Positions 27,001 through 42,000 of a DNA stretch of 64,000 nt are shown piece by piece (position 1 is the first letter of the stretch; each line of letters opens with the position of its first letter). The notes under the pieces were generated by a model, which ran no database searches, was not told the origin of the DNA, and worked only from the letters and a program-made list of their open reading frames with translations. The stretch comes from Raillietiella orientalis. Lineage: Eukaryota. The DNA is taken from positions 248,001 through 312,000 of the forward strand of contig JAYWIR010000064.1 in NCBI GenBank assembly GCA_036172245.1, given 5' to 3'. A program made the position numbers and the translations under genes.

Positions 27001-30000
27001 CGAGCAGCCTCCTTTAAAAGAAAAAGGAATAAATGATATTCTAGCTGAGGTATTCCCAACACTATGAGGACGGTCATCCGTTCAAGTTTTCCCGTGGGTG
27101 TTGAAAAGATTTGCGAAATGCTTGATGTATTCCTGTCCATGCTGTGTTTGAGTAGCTGACAAGGAGGCATAACGGGAATTCAGGGGGCATTTCCCATTTA
27201 GAGAGAGGGAGAACAGCTTTTCAGACGGAACAGCCTTATGCGGATTGGAATAGGGCTACTCTTTCTCTGTGAAGCTGTGGAACGTACAGTCCCTTCTAGA
27301 ATCTGTAGTCAGAAATCGCCCCTCCGAATCAGCTATTTGCTGAAAGGGTTCTGTTAGTGCGAAAGATGCCACTTTCTTCGCCTTGTTCGAGCAGTAAAGG
27401 CGCCATCAAAAAAGTCAGCAAAAAAGACAGTTCGGAAAGAGAATATTCGGTCATTTCGCTTCGGTCCACTACCGAAGACGAAATCCCTGATGAAGTGCGG
27501 ATAAACGAGGCGTCCGAAAACCGACGAGGCATCTCACTTGCCTGATCGAGCATGCAGTGATGGTCTCTGGTTATCTGACCACCATCGCCTAAAACCGATG
27601 ACAGCGTTTCTTTCACCTTTCACCCCTCACTTTCTCTTGGCAGGACTTTGCAAGGGGAGAGAGGAATGTGAGGATCGTTGCTGTGAGGAGGTGTTCTTGC
27701 AGATTTCAGGTTCCTCATAGCTACTGGAGAAGCGCTCCAATCCACCCCGTTGTTGAAAATGCCTGCGAAAGCGGGAGAAACAGGAAAAAAAAAAAAAATC
27801 CCGTTTATGCTGTAGCAGTTCGCTGCAGGCCATCGACATTTTCCTCCAAATGCTGCAGTTTCAGAATGATCTTTGATGTCAGACTCCATTAGAGATGCAT
27901 GCATGAAGCGATGCTTACTGAACTTACAGATGGCTAAGAAATCAATCTCAATTTGTTACAGGTTATCCCATCCAAAAACTACAAAACAGAGTGCTACATC
28001 TTCACGTATTCGATTATGATCGATTTTCCCGTGATGACTCAATAGGAGAGGTGCACATACCTTTATGCCAGGTGAGAAAAACAGATTGGCACTGTATAAC
28101 TATGCATCAGTGTGCATCCCATTATTAAAGTCTGAGATGGGGAATCGTACAAACCTACACTTGCTTAGGAATGACGTCTCAATTCACAGAATTGAACGTT
28201 TCCTCTTGGCATCTCTCTACTTTATTTCTCCCTTAGTCTGGAGGAGCGCATTCTCGCATTTGGGGCTGTTAATTACAGAGTAATAACGAAATTCGGAAAG
28301 TTCCGCCTTTTTGCCCGTTCATCTTCAGATTGGAGTTTCTTTAAGCTTTTGGATCTTTTGCAGTTCTAGAAAGCTGAAAAAAAAAAACAGGAAATAAAAA
28401 AATCCTGTGGGATTCCATCTAGCTCATTGAGAGGATGAGGAATGTCTGAAGGAAAGTCTTGCAGTTACAAAAATTGTAGACTTTCGTAGTCCCGAATGAG
28501 GTTCTCACTTTCCGGGTAATTTTTTTTTTGTCTCGCTCAACGGTTGATTTTTTTTTTTGGCTCCACGAAAAGCAAGCAAAAAAAGTGACTACTTCAAAGG
28601 GATTCTCGGGAAATTTCCTGACTGTGTGTTTCTTGTTTTCCTTTGGTGTAAAAGGGGACCCCGCAGAATGGAAGATTCCGAGGAACGGAAAGACTGGTCC
28701 ATGTCGATTTGGTGAGAGTTCGGGTGCCACCGAACTTCTGGTTCCCAAAATCGGCAAATCAAAAGTACCTTCTCCTTGGTTGGCTTTGTTTTCAGTCGAA
28801 TGCCTTTTTCCGGAAGATCTTTGATCTCCGTCTTGGATTGTACTGTACGCTTACGTTATGCTGCTACCGATTCTTCTCCCTTCTGTGCGCCTTTGCTCTC
28901 ATCTTAGTACAAGCAGTTTGACTCTTCCGAGATCTGCTTCGAGGAATGCAGAAACGAGGCCGAGGCCGAAAGCCATCCCCACCGAGTAAAGAATGTTGAT
29001 TTTCGCTGCTCCAATTTCCATTCACTTTTGCAGCTGCATCTCCGGCTGTTGAATTTTCTTGAGAAAACATAAGACTTTGTCTTTCAAGGTCAATTTCTCC
29101 GATAAGCCGGTTTTTTGGAAACCATTGAAAGCAGCTCCGAAGCAGAAATGCGGGGAGATCCTCATATCACTGTGCTATTACCCGTACAATTCTCAACTGG
29201 CCATCGTCATCTTTAAATGCCGCAACCTCAAGGCGAAAGACATCAACGGAAAATCAGGTAATCCGATGTTTCACGGGCTCCGGGCGCCGGTCTCGATGCC
29301 GAAATCCCTGCTGGTGCTCAGAATTCGGTTGAGGCTTCGGATGAGAGTCCTCTGTGGCTGAACCACTTCCAGGAACAGGGGCTCCACCATCCGAGCCTGC
29401 TCTGATCATTGCACTGCTTATTATGATATTGTCCCACAGTCAACTTTCATTCTATCTCGGTTCTTCCAAAAGTTGTTCTACTTTGGTTTTCCTACTGAGC
29501 GGGAAGACACGGATTCCTTGAGTACATTCTTCCCATCTGCACTTGAACAGATACGTATTTAATGTATTTTCTCGTTTTTTTTTTTTTTTTTTAAAGAAGA
29601 GAAAAAAGAAAAAAACTACTACTACTACTATAAAAACGAAGTTTGTCGGTCTGCGAATTCATTCACAAACAAGAGACATAAACACTCTGAAGAGAGGATG
29701 CTGAATGATCTCCTCGCAACATGAAAACAGATTTCGAAAATCCCATTTCAGAGTCACTTTCCATAATTCTTTGTTGCTATCCTATTATGTGATACAAAAA
29801 AAAAAAATCAACCCGAGGAAGAGGTAATAAGACTTTAAATGTCACTTAATGCAATACCTAATGGAGGTATTTCTTTCCTCTTTAATCTACGATCTATCTC
29901 TAAATCAGGAGAGAGAAAAAAAAAGGCAAACAAAAAATGCAGTCGCCTGGGCAGGCATCAAGTCAATTCGCCTTGTTCCCCAACTCTTTCCAGCGTCTCT

Positions 30001-33000
30001 TATGTAAGTCTCATGTGATCTCAAATCCTAATCTAAAGGATCAGACGCTATCCTGTGCGTCTTAATCACGACATCCAGTATCTTGATTATATTTTCGTGT
30101 AGCAAACCAGATCAGAACCGTGTATGTGGACTAAACAAATGGATTGACAGCCGGTCAGAGTTCCGAATTCCATAAAATTCTTCCCCTCGTTGCACAGAGC
30201 GCTCGGAAGACCTTTGGTGACACGTGTCTTACGCAAGAGACCGATTACAAGAACTCAACCAACGCATGAAACGAATAGGAGCTGAGAGGATTTTCCTTCT
30301 CTTGTTTGGCCACGCCAAAGCGAGTCCACTTAGAAGGCAAACATCACTTTTGCTTCCCTCAAAATCGAGCCCGAACACGTGTCTATGAATCACAAATCCA
30401 CGCGTCCATAGAAGGGGTTGTCGAGTGAGGAGGACGGCGGAACACGGAAAAAATCGAAAATGCCGTACGAATTTGGAAGTCTCCTTCACGCTCCCTGCTG
30501 GGTATTTTTTTTTTTTGTTGTTTTTGTTTGTGATATCGCTACTGCTGAGCATCTTGGAGAACAGTTCTTCTTCAAATTATCATGTTTCCCGTGAAAATGT
30601 GAGGTGTTCCCAAAAATTGGAAATGCGAGCACGCGACGTGATTGATGATGGCAGAGATCGGCACAGACGTCGTCAAATACCTGCAACGAAGACCTCTAAT
30701 TTGCAAGAGACATTTGCAGCCGAGGAACAGGTGATATGACCTGGAGGAAAATTTCTTTGGAATTCCCTCTCAGGGGAAACACGCCGTTTGGATAAATACG
30801 AAAAGACTGCTTCGAAAGGGAGCGGGCTGATTGTGATGCGAAACATTTCCGGAAAATCTTCAGGGCAAGGAAAATTTTGCGGCTCGTCTGCCCCGAGTGA
30901 GTTCGTCGAGAAATGGAAACTGGACAGGTAGAAAGAATGGAAATGAAACAAGAGTACCAGCGTTTCGAGATGAACCACCGGTGGGATGATGCAGGGACGC
31001 GAATCGGAAATGAGCATTGGCAAACCACAATGCACATGCTGTGGTTAAGTTGGAGACGCAGATTCCTAGGTCGTGTTTTCGATGTTTCGACTTAGCATTT
31101 CCTGAAGGTGGGCTCAAGGTGGCAAGGAGTTGCTAGGATAGTCTGAGGAGCGTCGGAGGCCGTGTGGTTACGGTGGTCTACTTGCGCGTGGCACCATGTG
31201 TCGTGGGTTCGAATACTCCGAAAGGAATCGACGCAGTGAGTCGTGGGTTCCGAGGTCACCCCACAAGATGATGCTGGTTGGCCTACATTCATCCGGGTGC
31301 GGCACTGGTAGCGGTTGAAACCGGATGCCCCCGATGAGGTCCGGGACAAACGGGAGTCGACCTCCGGGTCCTTTCAGAAATCAAGGGGTGGGAGCTCTCC
31401 CCTCTGGTTGTGAAGGAGAGGACCCTCCATTCCGGAGGACCCTCCGCGTCGTACTGATGTAGTAGGTGCGTCGCCACCACCTCTCCAGAGAGTGCAGAGA
31501 AGCGAGCCGATCTCTTCGGGGAAGCTGCGTCCTTCTGAATTTCGGGAGCGTCACCTTCTGGGTTCTCTTTAGAGGAGTAAAAAGAGGAGCGGATCCCTTG
31601 CGGGGATCCCTCCGAAGAAGAATTCCAGGAGCGGATCCTTTTCGGGTTCCCTTCAGAGAAGAAAGAATGGAGCGGACCTTCCGGGGGTTCTCCGAAGAGA
31701 GTAAGGAAGGAGATTCCCTTCTGGATTCCCCTTCAGAGACAACCAGGGTGGAGGTGATCTCCATTTCCGAGGATCCCTCCCCAGGCGTGAGAGGAACGGA
31801 CTCCGAGTCCTTCCTGGATTCATGAGGCGGACCCCTCCCGGGGTACCTCCTGTCTTGAAGATAGTCTGAGAAAAATCGTGGAAATGGGAGAAAAAGTGTG
31901 CATCAAAAGAAGATCCTAAGGAACTAAAATGGAGGACAAAAACCTTATGGTTCCAATTTGTTAATCCGTTTTGGGCAACTTCCTCTGGATGCTCTGAAAC
32001 AATTTAACGAAGGTGATCTTCCGGAGGGATCAGCCTTTTTTGTATATTCAATCCCGGAGTGAGAAGTATCCCTAAGGAGACAGCTTGCATCGATTCATCT
32101 TCTACAAGGTATGATTGTTAAATGCATCATCTAATCTCTCATTTCCTTGGGAGGAGGGAATTCAGATCACTCTTCTGTGCATGCACAGTTTCCTTTTAAA
32201 GCACCATGCAACTCGTGAAAATGCCTTCGTAATGCAGTTTTAGGATGATCCAAAATACCTCTAGAATTAGGTCCTACAAAATAAAAAAGGGTTGAAATTT
32301 TCGTTCTTTTTGCTACTCCTGCTTTTTTTTTTTTTTTTCTTTTTCTGTGGAAATAACGTGCGTTAAATGACTGAGTGTCATGAGCCGACTTTCTCCAGCG
32401 CGTGTTGAACCAAAATAACATCCGCCTTCAGCTAGAAGAATTTCTTCGAAGAGAAAAAAATAATGAAATCATAAAATGCCGGTTTTCGATTTTCCTCTCC
32501 ATTCTTTCTTTTGCGCTTACTAATTGTAAACGGTGGGTCCGTTATCCTTCCGGGAAGCACTCTTATTATATGGAACCTTACCTTCATATCCTTGAGGATT
32601 CGAAATTTCGAGCCTTTTAGTGTAGGCAAAGTCACATGCAAATGTTGCAGTACGTTATAGGTACATAAAATTCTTATCTTTGCATCTCCGTACTTGGATG
32701 AAAATGCATGCAGTGAGAGATGCATTTAGATCACGAGAGCGCCACATGTCATGGGTATTCGCGTCCTCTTCTTCAGCACGGGGAACTAAAACTCGGGTTC
32801 TTGCAGCTGTAAGAACTTTGAAAAGGGCATGTGGGAGTACTCACAGGCCATCATGATGAACTCCCTCAAATACATATCTTCTTTCATTGATGACTTCGGA
32901 TCCCTAGCAATGCGCAGCTTCACTGTTGACTTGGATGATGGAATAACGAAATCAATGATTTTAGTGACGTAGTTTGAGTGTAACTGATCTACGCAGATTC

Positions 33001-36000
33001 CTCGACTTTATGAGAACTTCCAGGGAATAATCTTTTGTGTTATTTCCGCTTCACCTCTTTCAGCTTTATTGGATCTGCGCTAGTTTAAAACGTAGTAGAA
33101 TTAATTCCTGCTTCTAATTCGGATACGAGTCGTAAAGAAAGCACATCCGACGGGGAGCCATTATTCAAAGTTAAAAGGGCACAGACTGGCGTAGAGATCA
33201 GCGTAATGAAAACAAAAACCTATCCCTGTTAAGGATTATGAGCGATCTGAATTTGCTTGGATGTTAATGTACCACACCATCACCTTCAAAAGCGCTGAAG
33301 CAGATCTTCGCTGGCAGAAATCCGATGATTCACTATTGATACCATCGGTCCCCTGGACCACACCTCCCAGGGTCTGATGTTGTACCGTAGCTGCCTGAAA
33401 CTCTCCCACAAAACTATGCAAAGAGGGGCCTTCGAGAGTATACCTGCGCATCTGGTAACACTGGCATTGCTGGTGCTGCATGTCCTGCGGCTCTCCAACT
33501 GCTCTACGCTCGTGGTCGATCCACTGTCGGTTTGGAAACCTGAAAAATTCATTCAGTCTTGTCGATTGAAAAAATTGGATTGTCATTAAAAATTAGAGAA
33601 GGACGTACTTGACGTTTATGAAGCGATATCTTCTCATCATTTCTCAGCTAGTAAATTTTAAACTGTGAAACTTATCACAGCTCTAGCGTTCTTGAAATAA
33701 GACCATGAATATGGAACCCAAAAAAGCCCTGCGTTCTCTATATTGATTCAATTTCCCTCGAATTCTTCTCTGAATTTCTCTGATGGATCATTTTTCGTGT
33801 GGCAAGAAAGTTGGTGTCTTTGGATACTCGTCCGGCAGTAGCCCAGAGGCCACGAGACTCCGAAACATTGCTTTTGCTTTCCCTGGAAAATTCCCCACAA
33901 CTTTCTTCTACACAGCACGTTGTGATTCCTTTGGAATTTTTGTCCTTCCTGCACGCATGAAAATCGCTGGGGAATCTGAAGAAACGTTTCGCAACGACAA
34001 ACTGCGTTGTCAGCTGAGTCAATGCAATTTAAGGTTTCTCATGCATCCCCCAGTCAGGGTCTTCCGACCGCTCCATCGAGTTTTTAAGGCAAGCGTGAAT
34101 AGGGGAGGCACAAGTAGTAGGGGGTGTGCACGTATGTTTCCGAGATTGATTGCATTGCTGATAAATTATACCAAACCGATTTACCTGTTTTTTTTTTTTT
34201 TTTTTTCAATCTGTCAGACCAAAAAATAATCATCCAAATTAGTTTTTAGTTGCCTAAATTGGAGTTGACATATTCATCCAATTGCTCCAATGCCATTACT
34301 AATGTTCCCTTCTCTGCTTGACCGGAATCCCATCAGCGATCACATCGAAGAAAATAATAATTAACATGAGGGAATTTTCTGCCGTAAAAAGTTTTTCCTT
34401 CCGGGAAACTTACTCTTACTTGACCCTCAATCGTCATTTCCTTCTTACGACTTCTCTCACAAAGTCCATCTTCTGCCTCTCTCAATGGTCCAAAAGGTTT
34501 TCCCGCCCACACTTCGAAGGACTTTGCGAATAAGGATAATGAAATCTCCATCTACGGGCATCTGAAGATTTGAAACCCGTGCGTTTTCTCACTAGGGACG
34601 CACCCACCGGGCTGATCTGGTCATCCCTTCCGGTCGCTGCTGCCAGGGGAAGCAGCGACCCTCGTGAAAAGCAAGCCTCGTACCTCTTCAGGGGAAGCTT
34701 TGTCTCGTGAGAACCCACGCCTCCAGGGCACAGAATAGGTTTCACAGGCTCGAACCGAGTCGGATCTCAGGAGCCCTGGGATGATGATGATCTTCACGCA
34801 CTTTTGACTGCCCAGAGCGATCGTTCAGCTTAGCCCACTCTTTCCTTCCTTCTCGAATGCTCGTGTGACTGCGGTACTATTAGTGCATTCCGGGTTTCGC
34901 CAGGGGCACTCGTTTCTATTAAGCCACGTCATCTCCGAAGCTGAGTGTACTGCGTGTGTTCCTGACCAGCCGAAATCCATCGCGAATGCAATGAAATGAG
35001 TTGTACATTCCCCCCCCTTTCAACGGCGCAGGGCGAGATCAGAAAGCTGCAGGAAGTAATGCTTGGCTGATCGCATCGCGGAAGGGAACAGCGGGAAAAA
35101 AGGATCCGTTCCATGGAAGTAAAATGATGCTTTTCAGATCCTTACGTAAAAATCTGGCTGCAATTCGGGGACAAAAAAATAGAAAAAAAGAAAACTCAGG
35201 TTTATAAATCTACACTTAATCCAGTTTTCGATGAAAATTTCGTCTTTCAAGTACCCTGGGAAAACATCCGTGACTGTTCGTTGAATATTAAAGTTATGGA
35301 TTTTGATACAGTTGGCAGGAACGAATTGATTGGTGGAATCGTATTAGCAAGTAAGTACAAGTGGGTTCTTTTGGTTGGGCGTTTTCAGACCCCCACGAGA
35401 AAAAAAAGGCCTGAAAATCGATTGCAAGCTTTTGAAAATGCGAATCGGCTGGTGGTGATCTCTCCGATTGCACGCAAAAGTCCTCCAACGAATACGAAAG
35501 CCTTTCGGTTTTTTGCATGTCGGCGGAAGGAATGGCGAAGGGATTTGCTAAGAGCGAACCGATTCGGCAGCGCTCTCCTCCTAACCCTTTCACAGAGGAA
35601 TCTATGTAATGTAACTCTCCTCCCCGAAATTCGCCGTGGTAGCATTCGCTTCCTTACACGGAAGGAGTTTTGGACTTCCGGGACGCAGCCTTCCTAGCAA
35701 TATCGATGGCCCTGTCGGGCTTTTGGGGTGGACGTCCTCCCCCCTGCGCCGCCAACATGGCACAGGACGGGGGGGCGGGGAGGAGATAGCCACCCCCCCA
35801 CCCACCCGCCCGACGCCTATTTTCCGTCGAGTTCGGGGGAAAAGAGTCAACTGCCCCACCGGAGGCCGTGTGACCGCGTGGATCGGAAAACGGCAGAGGT
35901 TTGGACGCGAACGCGCGCAAAAAAAAAAAAAAAAAAAAATCCTCCGGAAAACGATGCCTTTGATAAATTGCTGCAGCTGAGGAAAGTGCTGAACAGATTT

Positions 36001-39000
36001 ATCGGAAAAAGCGATAGAATTCGGAGGAGAAAAAAAGAAAAGAAAAGAAAGCATCAAACATGGAAGGACAAGCTGTGGCGAGCGTATAGCAAAATGAAAT
36101 TCTCGAGTATGCCATTAAAGCCATTCCGCCCGAGCTATTACTTTGGAATAAAACCATTCGGAATATTAGATCACATGGAAGACAAGACATATATATATTA
36201 CTGCATTGCGTTTGGTATTTCGTTTTTTTTTTTTTTGTGTGTGTGTGTGTGTTTTTTTTTTGGCATGATGCTTTGGATGCTGCTATTGACCAAATGTGCT
36301 GGAGGCCACCCCACCAGCAGAAAATATAATAATATTAGAGTCTCTCTAATGTACGGTTTCAGTTGAGAATAGCACGCAAAATGCAGTCCTGTTTTAAATT
36401 TCTAATTTCGTGATTAAATATGGGTACGGATGCTTAGCAGTTATGAGATAAACTGCACGTGTACAAATGCTCCTCCAATACGAGCTCTAGCATATCACTG
36501 ACACCTCAGAATCCGTCAGTAGCAACAAAATTAAAAAGACATCCGTACGAAACGACTAAACGAATGTGTGTTTAGATTAACACTATGAATACGAACGAGT
36601 GGGGATAATGATATGCTAATGTTGAATGCACTGAGTTTTCCGAGTCCTGAAAGATGTGGAAGCACCAGCTCCAGCTCAGAAAGATCAAGCTGTGCCTTGG
36701 AAAACGGATTCAGGCAACCCAGCACGCTTGGCGGAATGGAAGATGGAATGGTGTTCGGAGAAAGGGTTCGCTATTGGGTGTTTCCGGGAAAACAAGGGAC
36801 TCGATTCCAGTACACAGTGCTTCGTGAGGGGCTCACTTTTTCCGCATGCGTGTCCCGTTGTTATGATTATTTAGAAGCAACTATTTGTCTAGACAGAGAA
36901 CCATCCGGATCAAAGCGCCTTCCGTTGAAAGAAAGAAAGAAAGAAAGAAAAAAAAGGTGGGATGGAATGCCTTGAAAATTTACGGTCGGAGCAGGAAGTA
37001 ATTTTTTGCACGGGCTCAGGTTTTCAATGTAAGATGGGGATGCACCGAATCTCCAAGCCAACGAGTGCAAATTGCCTGTCTGCTGCAAGCTGCAGTGCAC
37101 TCTTTGATGCCCTTCGAAAAACTGCACGGAAAGCAGGAATGAGCTGCCATTGGAGTGTGGCATGATTCAGCAATTGCTAGCATGAATTGCTGATGCTCCC
37201 GTTAATGAGGTTTCCCACTATTAACCCCGTGGAAAAGTGTTCGAGAAAAGAGTGACTGGGGGCTTAGCGTGAATCGCAAACACTGTTCCATCAAGATCAA
37301 GCGAAACCGAGCGAGATCGACACACGTACTGAGTACGCAAATGGTAATGAGCCGAGCGGATCTGGAGCTGAATGACGATAATTTAATCAAATCCACTTAG
37401 AAGTACACTTCTAAAAATGAAATTTTCGGTTCTGGTACAAGCGCAGCGGAAAATCTATCGCTTTGCTGAATAAACATGAATGGGATACAGAAGATACTGA
37501 AGTTACGTGGCAGTTATTCTGGTCCACTTGACATACTTGCGATGCTTAGGGCTGAGTGTAGCTGATGTGAAGAGGTGGAAGGAAAGGGAATGGAGATGGT
37601 CAAAGGAATTCAGCAAAAGTCTGGTCAAAAGAGGGAAGAGCATCTAGCAAGTGATGTGGAATGTGGATCGCCTCAGTAGACAAGGGGGCTGCTAAGCGGA
37701 ACATTTAGTTTGTGACCAGTCCACGTGGATCGAAGACCATATCGAGTAAAGCCATATTAGTTTTGATTAAAGGGCAGGCCTTGGTGGAGAATCCATAGCA
37801 CGTTTAATGGGCAAGACGACTGTGCTTTCGAACTTATACTTTGCAGTCATCGAAAACGTAAAAGGGGGATACGTTCGATGAAGTGTCCCTGAAGCAGAAA
37901 ATTATCTGGACCAAGTACTAGTACGCATGGATCTGTACACTCTTCGACTGCACATATACGAAACTTGTGTTAGACGGATTTTCTAGGTCTTTACGATGCG
38001 CGGATTTTTCGGAATTTATAAAGATTCGTAAACAGTTCGAGGAGGGAAGAAAGCTCAACTCTTATGGAGGAACAGACGGGTCTAAGAGTTTGGAATCTTC
38101 ACGCCGGGTTCGGTTTTCTTGAAAGGAGATCAGGAGATCTATGGCATCATAACTGCGTTTGAATGGTTGATCCTAATGGTGGGGTCACAGAGTCAGCAGC
38201 TCGAAACTTATGGAATGAGAAAGCATTCGGAAGTTGGTACAGGCATTTCGGGCGTAGGGATTGTGAATTGACAGGGACTCAAGAATCAATTGAACTTGTG
38301 TTGATCTCATTGAGTGAGTGGGCAGCTATGTAGCAAAAGTTTTCGTGATTATATGGAAGAAGGGAAGGATACTAACTGATTATAGAGGGAGTAGTGGCTG
38401 GTGTTTCCCTGGGAACGAGGAGCGGCAAGGGATTAGCAAGGGATGAGAAAGATAGCGTCCATTACATATAATTTGAGAGGTGTGTACGAGACGTCGGAAA
38501 GCCGGGTTCATCCTTACGAGAAGATTATATGGGCGCGCCTGACGGCGAATCCATGTCTCTGTGTCTCACCAAGAGACGCGCACAACTGTCACCACCAGCA
38601 TTAAACGTACTTTATCTGACGGTGGCTGTACAGAATGGACACGTGACATCTGGGAAGGATGTGTTCACCCTCTCGAACGCGTCGGAACTTGAAGGACCGT
38701 TTTTGACCCCGTCTTGCTGGAAAGAACCCGACAACCCGATAGTTGCAGGGCGTTAGCAAGAAGAACTGCTGCTGCTGCTGCTGCTGCTGGAGCGTAGGAC
38801 GATTTCCGACAGTGTGAATTGCTGATGCTACTGTTCGAGAATAGTTCATCGAGTGCCGGAGAATAAATCAGATGCTGCTGGTTGCAGCTGAAGGTGAAAT
38901 TTCCAGTTGCGGTTGTGGAGGTAACCCTTGGGCGAGGAGAGGTGGAAGAGAAGAGAGGGAAGGTCTTCGTCGATTTCTCTGCGGGTATGGGAGTCTTGCA

Positions 39001-42000
39001 AAAACGTCTCTGCAGAGGAAGGCTCTATGTCCATTTGAAAGTTCAAGGTGGTAGTTACTCGGATGGTTTGCATGTATTCGTGGCACAAATTGTGAGTATT
39101 TGCGTGCTAGAACGGTGTCTCGACTAAATAACGAGTACGATCCGAGACCAGGAGGCGCACTCGTGAAATTATGAACCCGTTCATGTACCTAACAACTACA
39201 TTAGGATGATAAAGGATACCATTAGAAATGTAGGAACAAGAAGAAGAATAAGTGGTTGTACAGTGTAAGAACGAGTATTCATCTGGTTTATTAGATAGGA
39301 AAAGAGTAGGAAAGAAGGCAAGGATCATTCCTGCCTGGATGAGAGGAGCAGTGAGGAGAACTAGTGTGAGAAGAAAAAGAAAACCAGACTCCCCCCCTGA
39401 TATGTGTGCACCTGAATAGGAAAGCTAGGCAATGAGTTCGAAGCTAGACTAACAAAAAAGCCGGCTGGCAGCTGCTAGACTGACGGTTTGGTGGACGGCG
39501 ACAAGCTGTAGGTTGTTGCCGCCATCCTGTACCCTATAACTGATGGACCAGAAGCTGTGGTGCTGGTGAGATGAGTATAATCTACGCTACAAGACGAACC
39601 AAACCCCTAATCTATTAAGTAAGAATGCTTGGATGTGCTCATTTAGATAGCACGCAAGATTTCAGATGGGAACGTCAGTGGCGTTACGTTTGCGGGAACG
39701 ATAAGAGACTGCAAATCGACGGCCGCTCACGCTGTGCTGTCATAAAAAGTCATTTATGCGGTGATCCGAGCTGGTGAAACGCTCATAAAAGAATGGATGA
39801 CAGTACGTTGTCGAATAGCATGTCAGGGAGGCGGTTCGTGAAAAGAGGAAGCAAGATTTCTTGATGGGAAGATGTCGGCCGGTTCGAGGTGAGGTGAGGG
39901 CCTGAGAGCGGAGGTAATGGTGAAAATACCCTCTAAGCAGAAAGACACAGGACGGTGGAGCATCAAGAGAAGGAGTTTTCGAAAAAGAGAGAGGCGACGG
40001 TTGTTGAAGCCGGTCGAACTGGATGGCGACGAAGCGAATCGTTGGAAACGTTCATGGTTTGCTGGAACAGCGGTGGTTTTACTTGCATGGAAGTTTTTCA
40101 AGGCTCGTTAGGAGCGCTGACAGGAGGTGACCAGGAAACATTCGCAGACCTTGAAAACTTCGGCTCACTAGGTGACAGAAACCAGCGTGCAGTTGCATTC
40201 TGCAAACCAGCGGAAAGGTTCTTTGCAAGCTGAATTCACCGCGGTTGAAGAAGTTGCTGAAACAAGTTTCCTGTTTGGTGCGACAAAGGTGTGCATGGGG
40301 TGTTGATTTTAGTGATGGCAGCTGTGTGATCTTATCTGAATGTTAGGCATAATTGATTGTGGCTTGCTATTTGATGCTTGAAAATGTCTCTCATTTTTCT
40401 GGGTCATGTCCTTGGACGTATGAAAAGGTGGAGGACGGTAAGACGCGGTGCTTAGAAAGACATGTTCCATTCCTTGGATGAGAAAGAAGGGAACGGGCTT
40501 CAGGAGTTGAGGAGGATGCTGTCTGCATGGTGCACTGTTTGTTAACATACTGAATGCCTATCTTGTTTTTATGGTGGCATGTAGATTATCAAATAAGATC
40601 AGGCTTGCTAGATAAAGTACTTGTTGGATTTCTGAAGAGATGCTTAAGTAACATTAGTGGCAAAAGCTGAGCAAGCTGATGAATTCTTCGCTTGTAACGT
40701 CCCCTTATATGGGATGATGCACTTATGGAGTACCTTAGGGTCTTGTGCACCAGTTTTTCATGAGCTAGTAGGGTGATCACGGAAATTATGCTGAAACCGT
40801 GGAGGAGAAAGCGGTTTAAGAAATAGGTCAGTCCTGGTTGTTGAGTGTTTAGCATAGATTGGTCTAAATTTCTATGGAAAATTACTCAGATAGTCGAGGA
40901 TGCTGTGAAAGATACCCTGTGCTATGTGACAAGGATTCTAGCCCATTTCTCAGTCGTGAATGTGGGATGTGGATGCAGCTGTGAGTGAGGGTATAATAAA
41001 AAAAAAAAAAGTCCAGATGGATGTTATACATGGTTAATACTGATATAAGAGTAAGTATCGTCCTAGATGCGTGAAAAGCGAGAATGGCCTTTCATTATCC
41101 AGGTTAGAAAGATTGGAATGGTCTGTGGAATGGAGATTTGTTGCTGTTCCTATATTTTATTACTACTAGAATTAAGGAACAAGTGGAAATGGACGATGTG
41201 AGAGGCGCAATTTCATACTCAATGATGAGTCAAGTAAAGTTAACCGCATGTCAAGTGTACACTGTGATTCTTAATCGATTCATTCCTACTACCTCGTTGA
41301 CATTTTATGTGCAGCGTTCAGCCATTTCCATGTAGAGGGAGAGGTAGGATCTGGGAAGGAGACCGGTGTGCTGAAAGTCTTTCACTTTAAGAGTCATCTT
41401 TGAGACTCCCTTGACGAGTATAGGGCATGACTTTAGTATTCTGATTTTATGGGTTACTATAACAGGAATTGTAGTATGAAATGAGTAAGGCAATAGAGAC
41501 TAGTGAATCGCAGGGAAAATAATGGTGATGGCAGTGAGCATGCGCCGTTCCCATGGAAGCGACTGCTAGTAAAGTTGTAGAGAGCCGGGAGAAATGGAGG
41601 AGAAGAAGAAGGAAAGTGTTTCCCTTCGAGCGCTGATGATTTTGTGACGACCTCATTCATTTGATCATTCCTATCCACTGACGGCAGGAGAACGAATGAA
41701 GATGGAGAAGCTGAAGTTGGCACATCTTCAAAAAATAAGTTCCAGTCAGGATTATTCTCAACTGGAATATTGGGAATGATTCGTAGGCTGATTTCAGGCA
41801 CAGTGAATCTGTACAAATACATCCAATTGGGCCAAGGACTCGATGATGAATCAGAATTTCCAAGAGGTGGCGTAGGGAAAAGGCGAAAAGATGAAGCTGG
41901 TGAGCGGGAAGCGAGGATATGGAATAAGGATGCCTGCTTTTGTCCTTATAAAATGAGGACAAATGCAGAAAAGGGCGTGATCTCTACATCGGATCGCTTC

